This document shows, piece after piece, positions 51,786 through 64,000 of a DNA stretch of 64,000 bases (the stretch's first letter is position 1; each line of letters opens with the position of its first letter). The translations under genes and the position numbers were made by a program. The stretch lies in assembly GCA_964252035.1 (NCBI GenBank), contig OZ176204.1; one strand, given 5' to 3'. A model generated the notes under the pieces. The model saw only the letters and a list, made by a program, of their open reading frames with translations. It ran no database searches and was not told the origin of the DNA. This DNA is from Podarcis erhardii (lineage: Eukaryota).

Positions 51786-52520
51786 TTGCATGCCCAGGCG
51801 CCCGCAGCCCCGACACCCTGACTTTCAGAATAATAACCAGATAAGACACAATACACTTTTGGGTCAAATAAGGCCACAAATTTTATTGATTACAGATGTA
51901 GGAGGTTTGGCATACACATTGGGTATAACCATCAACAACCAGCCAGCTTGTTGGAAGTATAACCATAGGGATTGGCCCTGAGGCAAAGAGGATTGCCTCT
52001 GTGGGATTCCTGCCTTGAAGAATGCTATGGCTTAGCCCCCTCCTTGGCTATGGAGCACCTCCTCCTAGATCCCTTTAATGGGATACCCCTTCCCTTGGGG
52101 CAGAAGCTTACAACCTCCCCTCCACAAATAGTAAGGCCAACCCAATGCCCAAACCACCAAAGGTGTGATGATTGCTATGAGATAGGCAAAAACCCTGGAC
52201 AGGGCCAATTAACCAGAGGGAAAGATTTCTGCCTGGCCCCAAAACTGGTGACCAATGTAGTCCATAGCAAGGCCATGCATATACAGAGAAGACTAAAAGG
52301 GAGGGTTGGGTGGGATATTCGAGGAGGAACTGTGTGTGGAGGAAGGAGCCAGGCCTCTTTATATGCTTGAGGAGCAGTCCCAAGTGAAGCCTACTGGCTC
52401 AGTTGGGCCCATTCTGGGTGAGTGCCTGCCCCAAAACCTGCTGTTGAAAAATATTCCACAAGTTATCTCCCTGCCAGGAGAGTGTTAGGGGAGACAGTGG
52501 CCAGGCCATAAGACCGTAAC
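51786..52520 (-). mobile_element. Solo LTR (~735 bp), same family as 27881 copy
   Basis: The right end GTAACA reads TGTTAC on the minus strand. Minus-strand AATAAAATTTGTGGCC. Internal homology GGCCTTGCTATGGACTA, GGTTTTTGCCTA, CCCATTAAAGGGATC. Left boundary approximate. Confidence 0.75.
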
Positions 52521-55184
52521 ACCTTTAAACAGGTAAGTGGACTTCATAAAAGCCCACTTCAGATCTTCCTGCTCAACACAGAAAGATTGAGGATATAGCA
52601 TGTACACTCAGTGTATGTGCGGACATTGGGGCATAACAGCAATGATCAGAATGACAGACTGAAAGAAAAGGAATGGCTACATAAATTGATTCACTGCTAT
52701 CCTCTCCATTGTGCATTCATAGCTCCTTTTCTTTCACTTTGGTTATGACCTTCCACATATCAACACATTGTCAATCTAGGAAGAACACATACTTTAGCTA
52801 CAAGCTAATATTTCACTGTTGACAATGAGCAAATTTTGACAAATATTTTGAACACAATGTGTGTTTGAAGGATTAGGACATGAATTAAGCCCCACTGAGG
52901 TCAACCATGGCTCCATTTCTTAATTTTGGAAATGTATCCTGCAGAATAGCATTTGGCATAATGCACCACCAGGAACATTAATTGCCCTGAAAAGAACCTC
53001 ATTCTACTCTGTGTAGTTTTGAAAGAAATTCAGCCCCACACAAGAAAACAACCAGCTCGTACGTATGTGCAATGTGTTCCTAGGAAAATAAAGTACTGGA
53101 GGGATAAAAAAGAAAGTTTCTTAACTGAGTATGCACTCATGGGAATCTGTGTAAACCATTATAATTCACTAATTTTGTATTTATTTTCTTCCCAAGAACA
53201 TACTTTATTATCTACTTAACACTTGTAGCAAAGATCCCTGAGTAATCTCATTTCCTCTTCATTTTATTGTGCACGGTTTGTTTCCATCTGCCTGATAAAT
53301 GGTTATCATTTGGAGTGCAATTCCAGAGAGAACAGTTGTTCTAGTGCTTGTCATGTGAACCTGTTATGCTCCATAAAAAGATGTTGCAATCAGTCTACTT
53401 TATGCTTAAGAATGCAACATTTCTCAGAGTTCCTCTACTAGTGAGATAGCATTTCTATGGCGCTGATTCATCCAACACAAAACGATTTCACATATTATGT
53501 TAATATAAAAAACAGTGTAATACCATTTCCTCTTTCATTTTTCATTTTAAAATGTGTTTTACTTCAACTCAAAATAGGATAGCTTAAACTTTTAAAAGGC
53601 ATCTGATGATATTCTCTTAACTAAATTAATATTTCATGGTATTTTTGCATAACATTTCTTAAAGATCAGAATTTTTCAACTTTGCCAAATTGCAAAAATG
53701 CAATGCATCTAAGCAGAACTCCATATTTTTATGGAGCTTTCTGTGACAGCTGTACACCTGATAGATCTCCTTAAGTTCATGGAGCTATTTCCCCTTCCAC
53801 AGCCAGTAGTCAGAAAACCCATCTCTTTGTTGTTCGCTGCCCCCAATTAATCTTAACTGAGAGCTTTAAATGAAGTTCCAGAGTATGGCTACACCCAAGC
53901 AATCAAATATTTTATTATGCACTGCCATGTTTTAATTTTTTCCCATCTGTGTATCTATAGTTATAATGTGGGTTAGATCAGGACTCTTTTCTTCCTTTCT
54001 ACACATTTGATTTGATTCCTCAGAGGTGATAATATGGGGATAAAATGAATCCCTACACACATACCACACACCTCAGTCACCATCTCAAAGTTTTCTGCAT
54101 AGACTGGATAACCAGTTAACACTGATTATCAGTCAAGGTCAGAGCTTTCCTCAAGAAACAGTAATCTGGAGCAGATAACCACCAGATCCATTCCACTTAT
54201 GCCACTCTTTGAATTAATCATCCATTAGTTATTTTAGCTCAAATTTTCAAAAACATATTTTTCAGATATATACGTGTAATTTATTTACCAGCAATACACA
54301 TATGAAAAGCAATTAAAGAGTGCCACTTAGTTTCATACACTAACAGCTGGTCAGAAAATCAACTTCTACAAATATAAATAATATGGCATATTAAAAAGTA
54401 TTCTTTTTTCAGAAATGAAAAGTGTGAGGCTATCCATCCTATAACATGACATAAAACATTTCTCCAGCTTTACTTCTCCAGATTGTACACTGCCCACAGC
54501 AACCTTGCCTGACGAAACACAAGAGAATGAATCACTGATTTCAATTAGTAGCAAACACCATATGTTTTCATCTAAGGAATGTTACCTGTTACTCCTTCTT
54601 TTATATGGGTCAAAAATTCCACAACAAAAACCATAATTAAAGCCATCATTCATCAAGTAAAAGCTCAACTATGATTTCTCTCACACTAAAATGCACGTGT
54701 AGCCAATATTTGCACTGAAAGGAAGGCCAAAAATCACAGCTTGCCACCCACAAACCAGGTGGAATATGAGATTTGAATAAGAAATATGTACAGAAAACCC
54801 AATGCGTGTAACCTTAAACTCACAATTCATTTCCATCATACAGCCTGAGAATCACTCCTTTAATTGGGAGCTCACATGCATTTCATTTAGCATTTTATAT
54901 ATGTATAGGCTGCATTGCAATATTGTGCTCCTTTGTGACCATCCAGTGGGACGGTCACAGAGTGGGTGAATTCAGTGAGTGAGACCTGATTTTCCACCAC
55001 CCAGGTAACAGGGTCATCAGGAAGAAAATATTGCCCTATGCAGGCCTCACAGTTCACACAAAATGCTAGAAAATTCTAAATACAACTGCACATCAGCTAC
55101 TGAAAGGTCAGTTATTAAATATAAAAATCAAATATGGAAGTAATATGCTTTCAGATGTCAAACACTGGCACTGAATACTGAATA

Positions 55185-55536
55185 CAGTGGTGCCTCGCAA
55201 GACGAAAAGAATCCGTTCCGCGATTCTCTTCGTCTAGCGGTTTTTTCGTCTTGCGAAGCAAGCCCATTGACAGCTTAGCGGATTAGCGCTATTAGCGGTC
55301 TAGCGGCTTTTAGCGATCAGCTGTTAAGCGGCTTATCAGCGGAACAGCTGATAAGCGGCTTAGCGGCTTAGGAAAGGGGGGGAGCAAAAAAAACCCGCGG
55401 GAACTCGCAATATTTTTTCGTCTTGCGAAGCAACCCCATGGAGAAATTCGTTTAGCAAAGCGCCTCCAAAACGGAAAACCCTTTCGTCTAGCGGGTTTCT
55501 CGTCTTGCGAGGCGTTCATCTTGCGGGGCACCACTG
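55185..55536. mobile_element. Tc1/mariner MITE, family A (opposite orientation to 11358 copy, longer)
   Basis: TA|CAGTGGTGCCTCGCAAGACGAA ... CTTGCGGGGCACCACTG|TA, with (GCGGCTTA)-type internal repeats. Confidence 0.93.
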
Positions 55537-56790
55537 TACTTGGCAATTGTAAAAATGTACAGATGAAATTTTGAAGAACGTTTAACAGAGCTGCAGCTTT
55601 ACACAAGTATTTTTGTCACCACTGTGGGTTGTTATGGTTCATTTTCATGAACCAATGATGAATTTTTGTTCTGTTTTGTTTTGTTTTCAAGCAACTTATT
55701 TTTGTGTATTTAACAATATCTAAAAACCTGTATCTAACATTTGAGTTCATTTCTTAATTCTCCTAGATAATGAGCAGAAAATAAATTTGTAGACTAGAGG
55801 GTCAGAGACAGAAAAGTGAAGAATACAGAAAATACTCTTTTTCTGAATCTTTAAAGATGGGCCAACAAATACCAGCTACCAATTAAATGTATCACAAAGT
55901 GTAGGCTGCTCCATTTCCTCTCAAGGACCAGTAGGGTTACAAACATTTTCTGCATACAAATTGAAATTACTCTCTCAAGGTTGGTAGGACAAACCACACA
56001 TGGGCATAATTTGAAATAGGATTCTTTTTACTGAGTTGATCATTGCAATGTGGACTGCTAAGCATCATATGCCAATAAAAAACTGGAAATGATACTTAAA
56101 TAAAGGAAATTACTGGTAATGTATCATTGTTACACAAGGCCTATTTATTTTATGGAAACAAGGACTTGCGTGGAACTCTCTATTTACAGGCCAAATTCAC
56201 AAAACTAAAAGGTTCAACTTTTCAACAGCATATTTACATAACAGGTTTGAAATGTAAGGCATGAAGCTACATCTGAGTGCATGTGCTCTATCTCTGTGAC
56301 ACTTTTTATGCTTGATGGCATCAACTTATTACATAAATCCTGACCAACTTTATGTGGCACAATAAATTCCTAGGCTACTATCTAGAGCACAAAAAGGCCT
56401 CCCAAGATTACAGAAACTAGCCAGTCTCTGAGGTAAATCACACCCTCCCCCAGTATTTATTTTTATTTGAAATATTTCTATATTACCCTTCAGCAAAATT
56501 GGTTCCAGAACAATTTATATAATTAAATATATTTATGATGGGGGGAAGTCAGTTACTAAGGACTCAGCTGTGCTTTTGATAGAAACCATGATCTGGGAAT
56601 CCTGGTTGCTGCTAAACAATGGAGTGAGAGTAAGCACATTTTGTAGTGTGGAATCAGTCAGCCAATTAGCAGTGCTTAAAACTCCATGTGGCCTTCTATG
56701 GTGGAAGTGCTTGTGGAAAGTGGCACAGAGGGAAAGTGTTAAGCATCTCCTCTACTATATTTCTGCAGCATATCATGCCATTTCTCTACT

Positions 56791-57095
56791 CAGTAGTGGA
56801 GGAAGGGGTGTGCGGGGTGTGCGGGCCGCCCCGGGTGTCATCACTGAGGGGGTTGACAAAATGACAAAAAGATGAGTTAAAAAAAACTGGGCTCACAAAA
56901 CTTTTTAGTTCAGTCAACAAATGTAAAGAAACATGGCTGGCACTGGGCGCCACACTGCGGCGGCCGGCACTTACCGCCCTACAGCTGAGGGGGAGGGGCA
57001 GAGAGGCTCCATGCAGCATGCCCCACCCCCATGGGCTGCTTGCCCCACCCTTGGCTGCAGGACATGCGTGGCGCACCAGGCTAGCTATGCCACTG
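56791..57095. mobile_element. hAT non-autonomous element (GC-rich)
   Basis: Perfect 8-bp TSD TCTCTACT (56783-56790, 57096-57103). Imperfect TIR CAGTAGTGGAG / CTATGCCACTG. Confidence 0.88.
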
Positions 57096-59809
57096 TCTCT
57101 ACTGTTTTGTATTTGTTACCCTTCCACCTAGCTTCCATGTTTCTGGTCTGCCACTGAACATCTAGCTGGGCTCTAAGTTACAACTTGGTTGATAATGGGT
57201 ATGGCTAACTTGGGCCCATTAATTTCAATGGGTCTACCCTGAACAAGCTGGGAACAAGCCTCTCAAAAAATTAAGTGGTCAGGTTCATTCTTCTCTTTTC
57301 TGCATAGTTGCTTGGCCAGAGAAAACAGGAATGTATCTGTCCTCTTCTTACAGTAACTTGAAAGGCTTCCTGCCCCTAATGATAAAGGTAAACAATATCT
57401 CCACTCCTCCCTTCTTTTATAAAAAAAGAAAGATGAAAAAATAGTCATTAAAATATTTAAGGATGCGCCATTTCAATGGAACTGAACAGTAATTACACCC
57501 ACCCTCTTTCTCAAATAGCATGAAGCTATTACTTTGTCTGAAAATTAATGCTGCTTATTTGTAATAACTTGAAGCAATGGCACCTCATTATAGGACATAA
57601 TCAACAGCCGTAGCACAAAAGGCCAAGCAAATGAGATTTTGTATGTTGGTGAAGTAAGTTCATATTTAAATATAATTTGCCTCTGGTGCTAAGATTTCTC
57701 CCCCAACCAGAAGTGGGAATGTTTATCTCTTTATGATCTGCTTCATAAATTATTTCAGCAAACAAAGTGACTACAATAATCATAAATGGAAATATCTGCC
57801 CTCTGACTCAGATTTGTTGAGAAAGCAAGGTCAGCTAATTATACATGAAAGATAGAGCTGCCTTTGTGAGCTGCACAGCGGATGAGAAGTGAATAGAAGT
57901 ATAAAGATATCATTCAGGATGGAAAAAATAAGGTAATGTCATGCCACAGTCAGCATACAAGATTAGATCATCAGCTTCCATTAGTACATACTGTGTGTTC
58001 ATTTTCAGGTTTCAGTGGGGAAGAAATACTAGCCTTTTCACTTTAGTCCTCAGAAACGTGACCCAGCAGATCTGAAACTCCAACAGCTTAAGAGATTCAG
58101 TGTTGGAATAAGAACATAGCTTTGAGAAATCTTCATTGGATTTCATGGTTTATTCAATGCAACAGCCATTTTGCCCTGTTCAGAAGTAGAGCTTAATATT
58201 TTTATCTTCCACAAGCATGTATGGTGGTTGGTATTGCCTAGCACAACTTAGGCAAACAAAAATTGCTGAAGCAATGATCGCCTGTTTGTGCTCAACTTCT
58301 GAATGCAATGCTAAGAGAAAATCCAGCTCCTTCCCCACTGAAACTGCTTTCTGCCGTCAGTATTTATTTAAAGTCAAGAAATCCCACCCACTCTGCAAGT
58401 CCTCCATCACCAGTTTTAAACATTTCACTTGCAAACAGGAAGGGAATAGTCCTTTTACCGACTGACATGTCATAAACTACCAAGCCCCACCATGAGCTCA
58501 ATAACCTTACTGATTTTGCAGCCTGTCTGAGATTGCAAAAAGCAAGTTGCCAGGCACCTATCAGGTAACATTCACTAGCAGCCAGGTAAGGCTGATGGAC
58601 TATATTTGGCTGGTAGATTGCATGGACCTGCTTTGAGAGGGCACTTGGCAGTTACAATCTGGCATTAGCAAAAGACAAAAGGAACCCTAAGGGCAGTCGA
58701 GCATGAGATTAATGAAGGCTGGAGAGCAGCAGTGCTTGGCTGAATGCTTTTCTTTGGCCTCTCATTAAATACCTTCAAACCTCAAATCCACCTCCTGGCT
58801 GGGTAAGTCCCCTGATCTTTCAGGCAGCCTTTCTCTCAAATTAGCTTAAGCACTCTTAGCATTTGTTTTCTAGACATGATAAAATGCAATATGAAAATTT
58901 GTACAAATAAACTTCAAACAGTTCTCCTTGAATTAACAACTGAGCTGACCCACCAAAAAGAGAGAGAGAGAGGCCGAGAAAGACAAAAGAGATAAGTGAA
59001 ACAATAAGTGGTACAATTTGTATTATCCCTGGTCTATTCTTTTATTGTACAAAAAAATGATATTTTAGACATGTACTTAAGGCTTTAAGTGGTTTGCTGC
59101 CAGTTCATATCCTACACCAGCTAAGTATTACTAGCTCACAGCTATCAAAGCTTTTAGCTTGGGCTTCTCTTTGCACATCATGCGTTTCTCACTGCAGGAG
59201 GAGGTTTTATTTTCTGCATTCCTTTCTGTCAAAGAAGGTTTTTAATAAAGGGTTTTTTGTTTCCGCATTCAGCTCTTCAAGACAACAACTTCAGAAGAAA
59301 GAATATACTATAAATACAGATGGAAGGAACCATCAGAACTGTAAGGGTGACCGTTCCATCTGTACAGCCAATGTGTGGAGGGGGCAAGAAGTTGACCCTG
59401 ATAGTCCCACCCACAACATTTACAGCCATGCACCACTGTCTGTGTATTGTGTGCATTGTTATCAATGGGAAGTAAATGCATATAGGATGTGCAGAATCCC
59501 CTTAGTGGGACCACTGTGGCGTTGGGACTCCTGCTGGTAGGGAGAGACTCTATGCATACCTATGTATGCACACAGCTTCTCCCACCCTGCTGACATTCTT
59601 TTTAATGGACAGATACTGGGATGAGGCTGGTCCAGCTTTTCCCTCCAGACACTGGCTATATGAATAGACTGGACTTATTTCAAAGTGTCATTATTACATC
59701 CCTGCTAAAGATCCCCTTCATTTTCTTACAGGAACCATTTGCACCAGTTTAATCCTGGGACTTCTGTTTGCATTACTCTATTTATTATTATGACCACTTT
59801 TACAAATTA

Positions 59810-60061
59810 CCGTATTTTTCACTCTATAAGACACACTTTTTTCCTCCTAAAAAGTAAGGGGAAATGTGTGTCTGTCTTATGGAGCAAATGCAGGCTGCGC
59901 TGCTATCCCAGAAGCCAGAACAGCAAGAGGGATCGCTGCGCAGCAATCTCTCTTGCTGTTCTGGCTTCTGGGATTCAGAATATATTTTTTTATTGTTTTC
60001 CTCCTCCAAAAACTAGGTGTGTCTTATGGTCTGGTGTGTCTTATAGAGCGAAAAATATTGG
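59810..60061. mobile_element. Tc2-type (CCGTA-ended) Tc1/mariner MITE with internal hairpin
   Basis: TA|CCGTATTTTTCACTCTATAAGAC ... GTCTTATAGAGCGAAAAATATTGG. Internal 33-bp inverted repeat at 59906-59973. Confidence 0.88.
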
Positions 60062-63000
60062 ATAATATAGCACCTTCTTTGCTAAACAGCTTTTATGCAG
60101 CTTTTATGCTAAAACTCCCATGTACAACTCCTGATTTTAAAAAAAGAAATGCTGGAATTAAGATTCAGTATATAAACACCATATCCTGATTCTAATGCAT
60201 GGAAGGTGTAATGGAACAAGGTTAAGTAGTACGTGCTGAAGAGCAGGAGCTACTTAACAGAACGTATTAAGCGCCACATAAGTGGTGCTACACTGTCCTT
60301 TGTAAATAAAATTAAAAAGCCAGTAAGTTTGGAGTGCACTTGAGACACAACACAAGTGGGGAAAGAACTAATTATCCACAATGAATTGTATGAAAGTTGT
60401 GAAGACAAGGAAAAAGAAGGTAGCAGTCACAACAATTGATTGGATCAACCTCCTTCCCCCTCCCATCATACAAAGTAAGATTTTCTTCAGGCAAAGGGGA
60501 AGCAAATGGTGCTGCAATGGTCTAACCACAAGATTACTGTTTCAGACACGTGTTTGGTTTGTACCTGGTACACATCCATGCTGAAGTAGTGATGGAAGGC
60601 CATGATCTGCTTTTACAAGAAGACACTGCTGCATTGGGTGCATGAAATGTTCCTTTCACCCAGAAGTGTGTTGAGTGTGTATGCATGCACATGCACACAC
60701 GCATGGCATCTCTCTCTCTCTCTCTCCCTTCCCCCTCCCTCTCTAGCTTTTTCTTTGCATTTCCACCACAAGCTATGCAAACAGCATGGAGACAGAAGGT
60801 GCACATTTCAGAAACAGAAGCTGTCTATCTGCTTGGATGAAACAGCTGTGATACTGGAGCTAAGCAAAAGAGGGAGGAATGGGAGCAGCATTCCTGCTAG
60901 TATTAGTTGATATCCATCTACCCTGATCTACAAATCATTGTCTACAGCAATGGGATAGACACCCACAAACAAAGTATTAGTGTTGAATTGGTGACAAAAG
61001 TCTTTAGCATATTCAGAAGGGGTCTGAGTACATAAATCTTGAGAACAGTGGGCTTACGTGGACCTGTGTCAGTACAAAATACTTCTTTTCCCCTACAAAA
61101 AGCTACTATTACTAGGCAGTGTCATTAACTTTGGCTGTAAGGAGACATAAGGATGGGTAAAGAGTTGAAGGCAGTTTGAAAGAGAAATGGCTGCTCATGC
61201 CATTTTCGCTTCTAGCAAATGGGTTTCCAATTTATGCAAAAGGTTTCAAAAAAACATATGGAACCTGTTTGATCACAGTAATTGTCAAGGGGAGAGTACA
61301 CCTAAGTACACAATGGAAGGGAAGCCTCTATCACATCAGCTTGAACACATTTGACAAATGCTGCATGTCCCTTGACTTTTGGCATTTTGTACCATAGCAT
61401 GTCCTAAAGAGCATGGGATTATAAATACACCTACTGAAAAACATTTAAGAATTATTTGATCAGATGTTTATGAACATAGAAATCCTGATGAGGGGCAGGG
61501 GAAGCACAGAACAGTACATCCTTCACTACATCGGTAACACTGCTGGCTCCTGCTGGCCAGAAGAGAAGGTGGAGGGTGTTTTTCTGTTCCAGTTTTTGTA
61601 TGTCAGCTCCAGCTAGTAAAGCTAGTAAGGCTTGAGGACTGGGCCCTTCAGGGATTTGATGGGGCTTAGGATCCAGCAGATCTCAAACCTCTGGCACCCC
61701 ACCTCCATCATAGTCCAATATGCCTCATTTTGGGAGGTTCACACCCTAACCACTCCAGCCACCAACACGGTGGCAGGTAAGACCAAGGTCAAAAAAGCAC
61801 TAATCCCATCACCTTCTATGCATGGATAAACTTTCTTAGCAAAACTGGCCAGCAACTGCAGGATGATTGGGTGGGTGTTTATCATAACATCAAGAACAAA
61901 AACCTACTGGAAGTATTTTTACCAATGTAATGGGAAAATGTAATTATCTATAGGAGCACAATCTTTTCTGTCTGCCTATACTAAAACAAGAATAGTATGA
62001 TGCAGTATTAAGGTTGAATGACACTTATAGAAATTATCGTGTAAGAAATAAAGAAGGAATGTCTTGGTATCTTAATTGAAAGGAAGGCAATTGCAGTGAT
62101 TTCATGAAAACAGTAAGCCAGATATAACAGCAAAAGCTTAACTCAATGACCTGGTAGTCTTGTCAAACTCAGTTTTTGTATCACAAAGTGCCTCAGAAGC
62201 AGGAAAAGTCAGAGGAGAAAAGCAAAGGGTAGAAATGTGATACAGACAAAGATGAAAGAACATGAGAGTGAAAGGTTTTTAAGAAGAACTAGACAGGAAG
62301 AAAAGAAAAGAGAAAACAGAGGAGTTGACAGCAAAGTGGGAAATTGGCAGTACAGATTGATGACAGCAAGGAGAGGTGAGTTATGACACGGGAGATATAA
62401 GGGGGAAAGAGAAAAATAACAGCGAGAAACTGAAAATGTGATGAAGGCAAACTATTTAGGCATTTGCCTTAAGATGACAATAATCAACTGATGTCATTAA
62501 TTTAGTTCCAGATAAAAAAGGATGTTTCTGAATAAGATTTCCTCACTTTAACAAACAAGAATTTAAAAAATAAGTATGGAGATACAGCAACATTTAACCA
62601 ACTGAGAAGCAAATAATAGAAGATGACAAAGACATAGACACTAGATATTAGTCAATCAAATAAAAAAGGACTATCTAGCTAACAGTTACCAGGCAGTTAC
62701 CTACTAGCCTAATAATTTCAGTATGCATATTTTGGTACTGCAAGGATGTAAAACAACAGAGGACAGCTGTTGCCTTCATGCTCTACTTGTGATATCCCAC
62801 AGGCATCTGGCTGGTGAGTGTTAAAACCAGACCAACCAGACAATATGGATTTTGGGGCTCATCTAGTAGGGTTCATCTTATATCCTAAGGACCCAGAAAC
62901 AATATTTTTGTATACAGTATTGGGAAGTGAGGCTAATAACAACTTAGGCTTCCGGTCAGCTGGGAGATTAAGAACCAGATACTGCTAATTTAAATTACTG

Positions 63001-64000
63001 AAAATAATTAGTTTGAAACAGATTGAAACAGGTATCAGACATGTGGTAAATTAAGAATACAAGGCAAATGCTAAAGAATCATTTCATGTTGAGCTGAGGG
63101 TTTTCTACTGGGAACTTTTGGGTCAAGATTAGGGGGGCATGAGGCGAAATGGGGTAATTTAAGGGTGCATAAGACAGATTAACCTGTGGTCGCAGTTCTT
63201 TTTTCATTTAAAAAAAATGTTTGTATGTTGTTGCAGCCAATGTTGGCGTTGGTGGAGCTAACAGAAACAACATAATGGCAATTCAAATGTGAAAGCTGCC
63301 CCTTAGAGTTTCTGGTAGAGCGCTTTCTGAGCCCTGCTACCTGAATTTATTTTTTAAAGAAGGAAGGATGGGGATGATGAATGGAACTTTGGCATGCAAA
63401 GCTTAAGCTATGTCCCCTACCAAATGAAAAAGTAGTTTGCATGTGAATAAGTAGTATGGACTAGATAATATAAATGCATAGTTCACCAGGAACTTTTACT
63501 GTATAGACTCCAGGAAAATAGAAGGGAAATGTGAAAACCCCTTTGTTTAAATAGGGTTTGTGCAAGAGAATTTTCTTCTGCCAAAGGTAGTAGGTAACCC
63601 GCAACAACACCTTAATTATACAGACTGGGTCAACCTCCAAGTGCCACAAGTATTGGTGTTGTTTTTAAAAAAGAACACAATATTAGTGCTATAAGTAGAG
63701 AGGAATGACTCTCTTTGGTAAAACATAATTGCTATTATTAGCTGGATTTCAATTTAATTTTATCTACTTTTTGTTGTAACTGGATGGCTGTCATGCTGCT
63801 CCTGCCCCTCAAATGTAACACAAATCATCATCTCTATTATCTAAAAATGGCTACGTCTCACTCTTCCTTTCAGCTCCACCTTTGCTTTACAAGCTGGAGC
63901 TGAGATGAGCAATTTGCTGGTTAAAATTTGGAGTGCAGTTTTACATTAAATTAATCTGAGCACTCGATGAAATTAGATAGCTTTCAATATATAGGACAGT

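Noticed and set aside
59273-59340. Plus-strand candidate exon (strong pyrimidine tract, GTAAGG donor)
   Set aside because: There is no recognisable product and no supporting exon chain.

Overview
Eukaryotic, not prokaryotic, DNA. It comes from a squamate reptile, probably a lacertid lizard (inferred from Sauria SINEs plus Bov-B). The background is AT-rich intronic/intergenic sequence with no host exon I can support, and nearly all ORF-track entries are chance ORFs or repeat-derived. The content is a dense transposable-element landscape: 8 Sauria SINE copies; a full-length but inactivated Bov-B (RTE) LINE at 45118-50029 interrupted by a 1.67-kb non-coding L1-type element; a Penelope-like element with an inverted terminal repeat; a Rex1/Babar 3' fragment; several solo LTRs; Tc1/mariner and hAT MITEs; CR1/MIR remnants; and microsatellites. 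The strongest signals are two classes of candidate self-cleaving ribozyme. The first is a complete HDV-like nested double pseudoknot that starts exactly at the first base of the Bov-B copy (45118-45246). The second is two minimal hammerhead motifs in the Penelope terminal repeats (7806-7841 minus, 8095-8136 plus). All assignments were made by eye; no database search or folding program was run.
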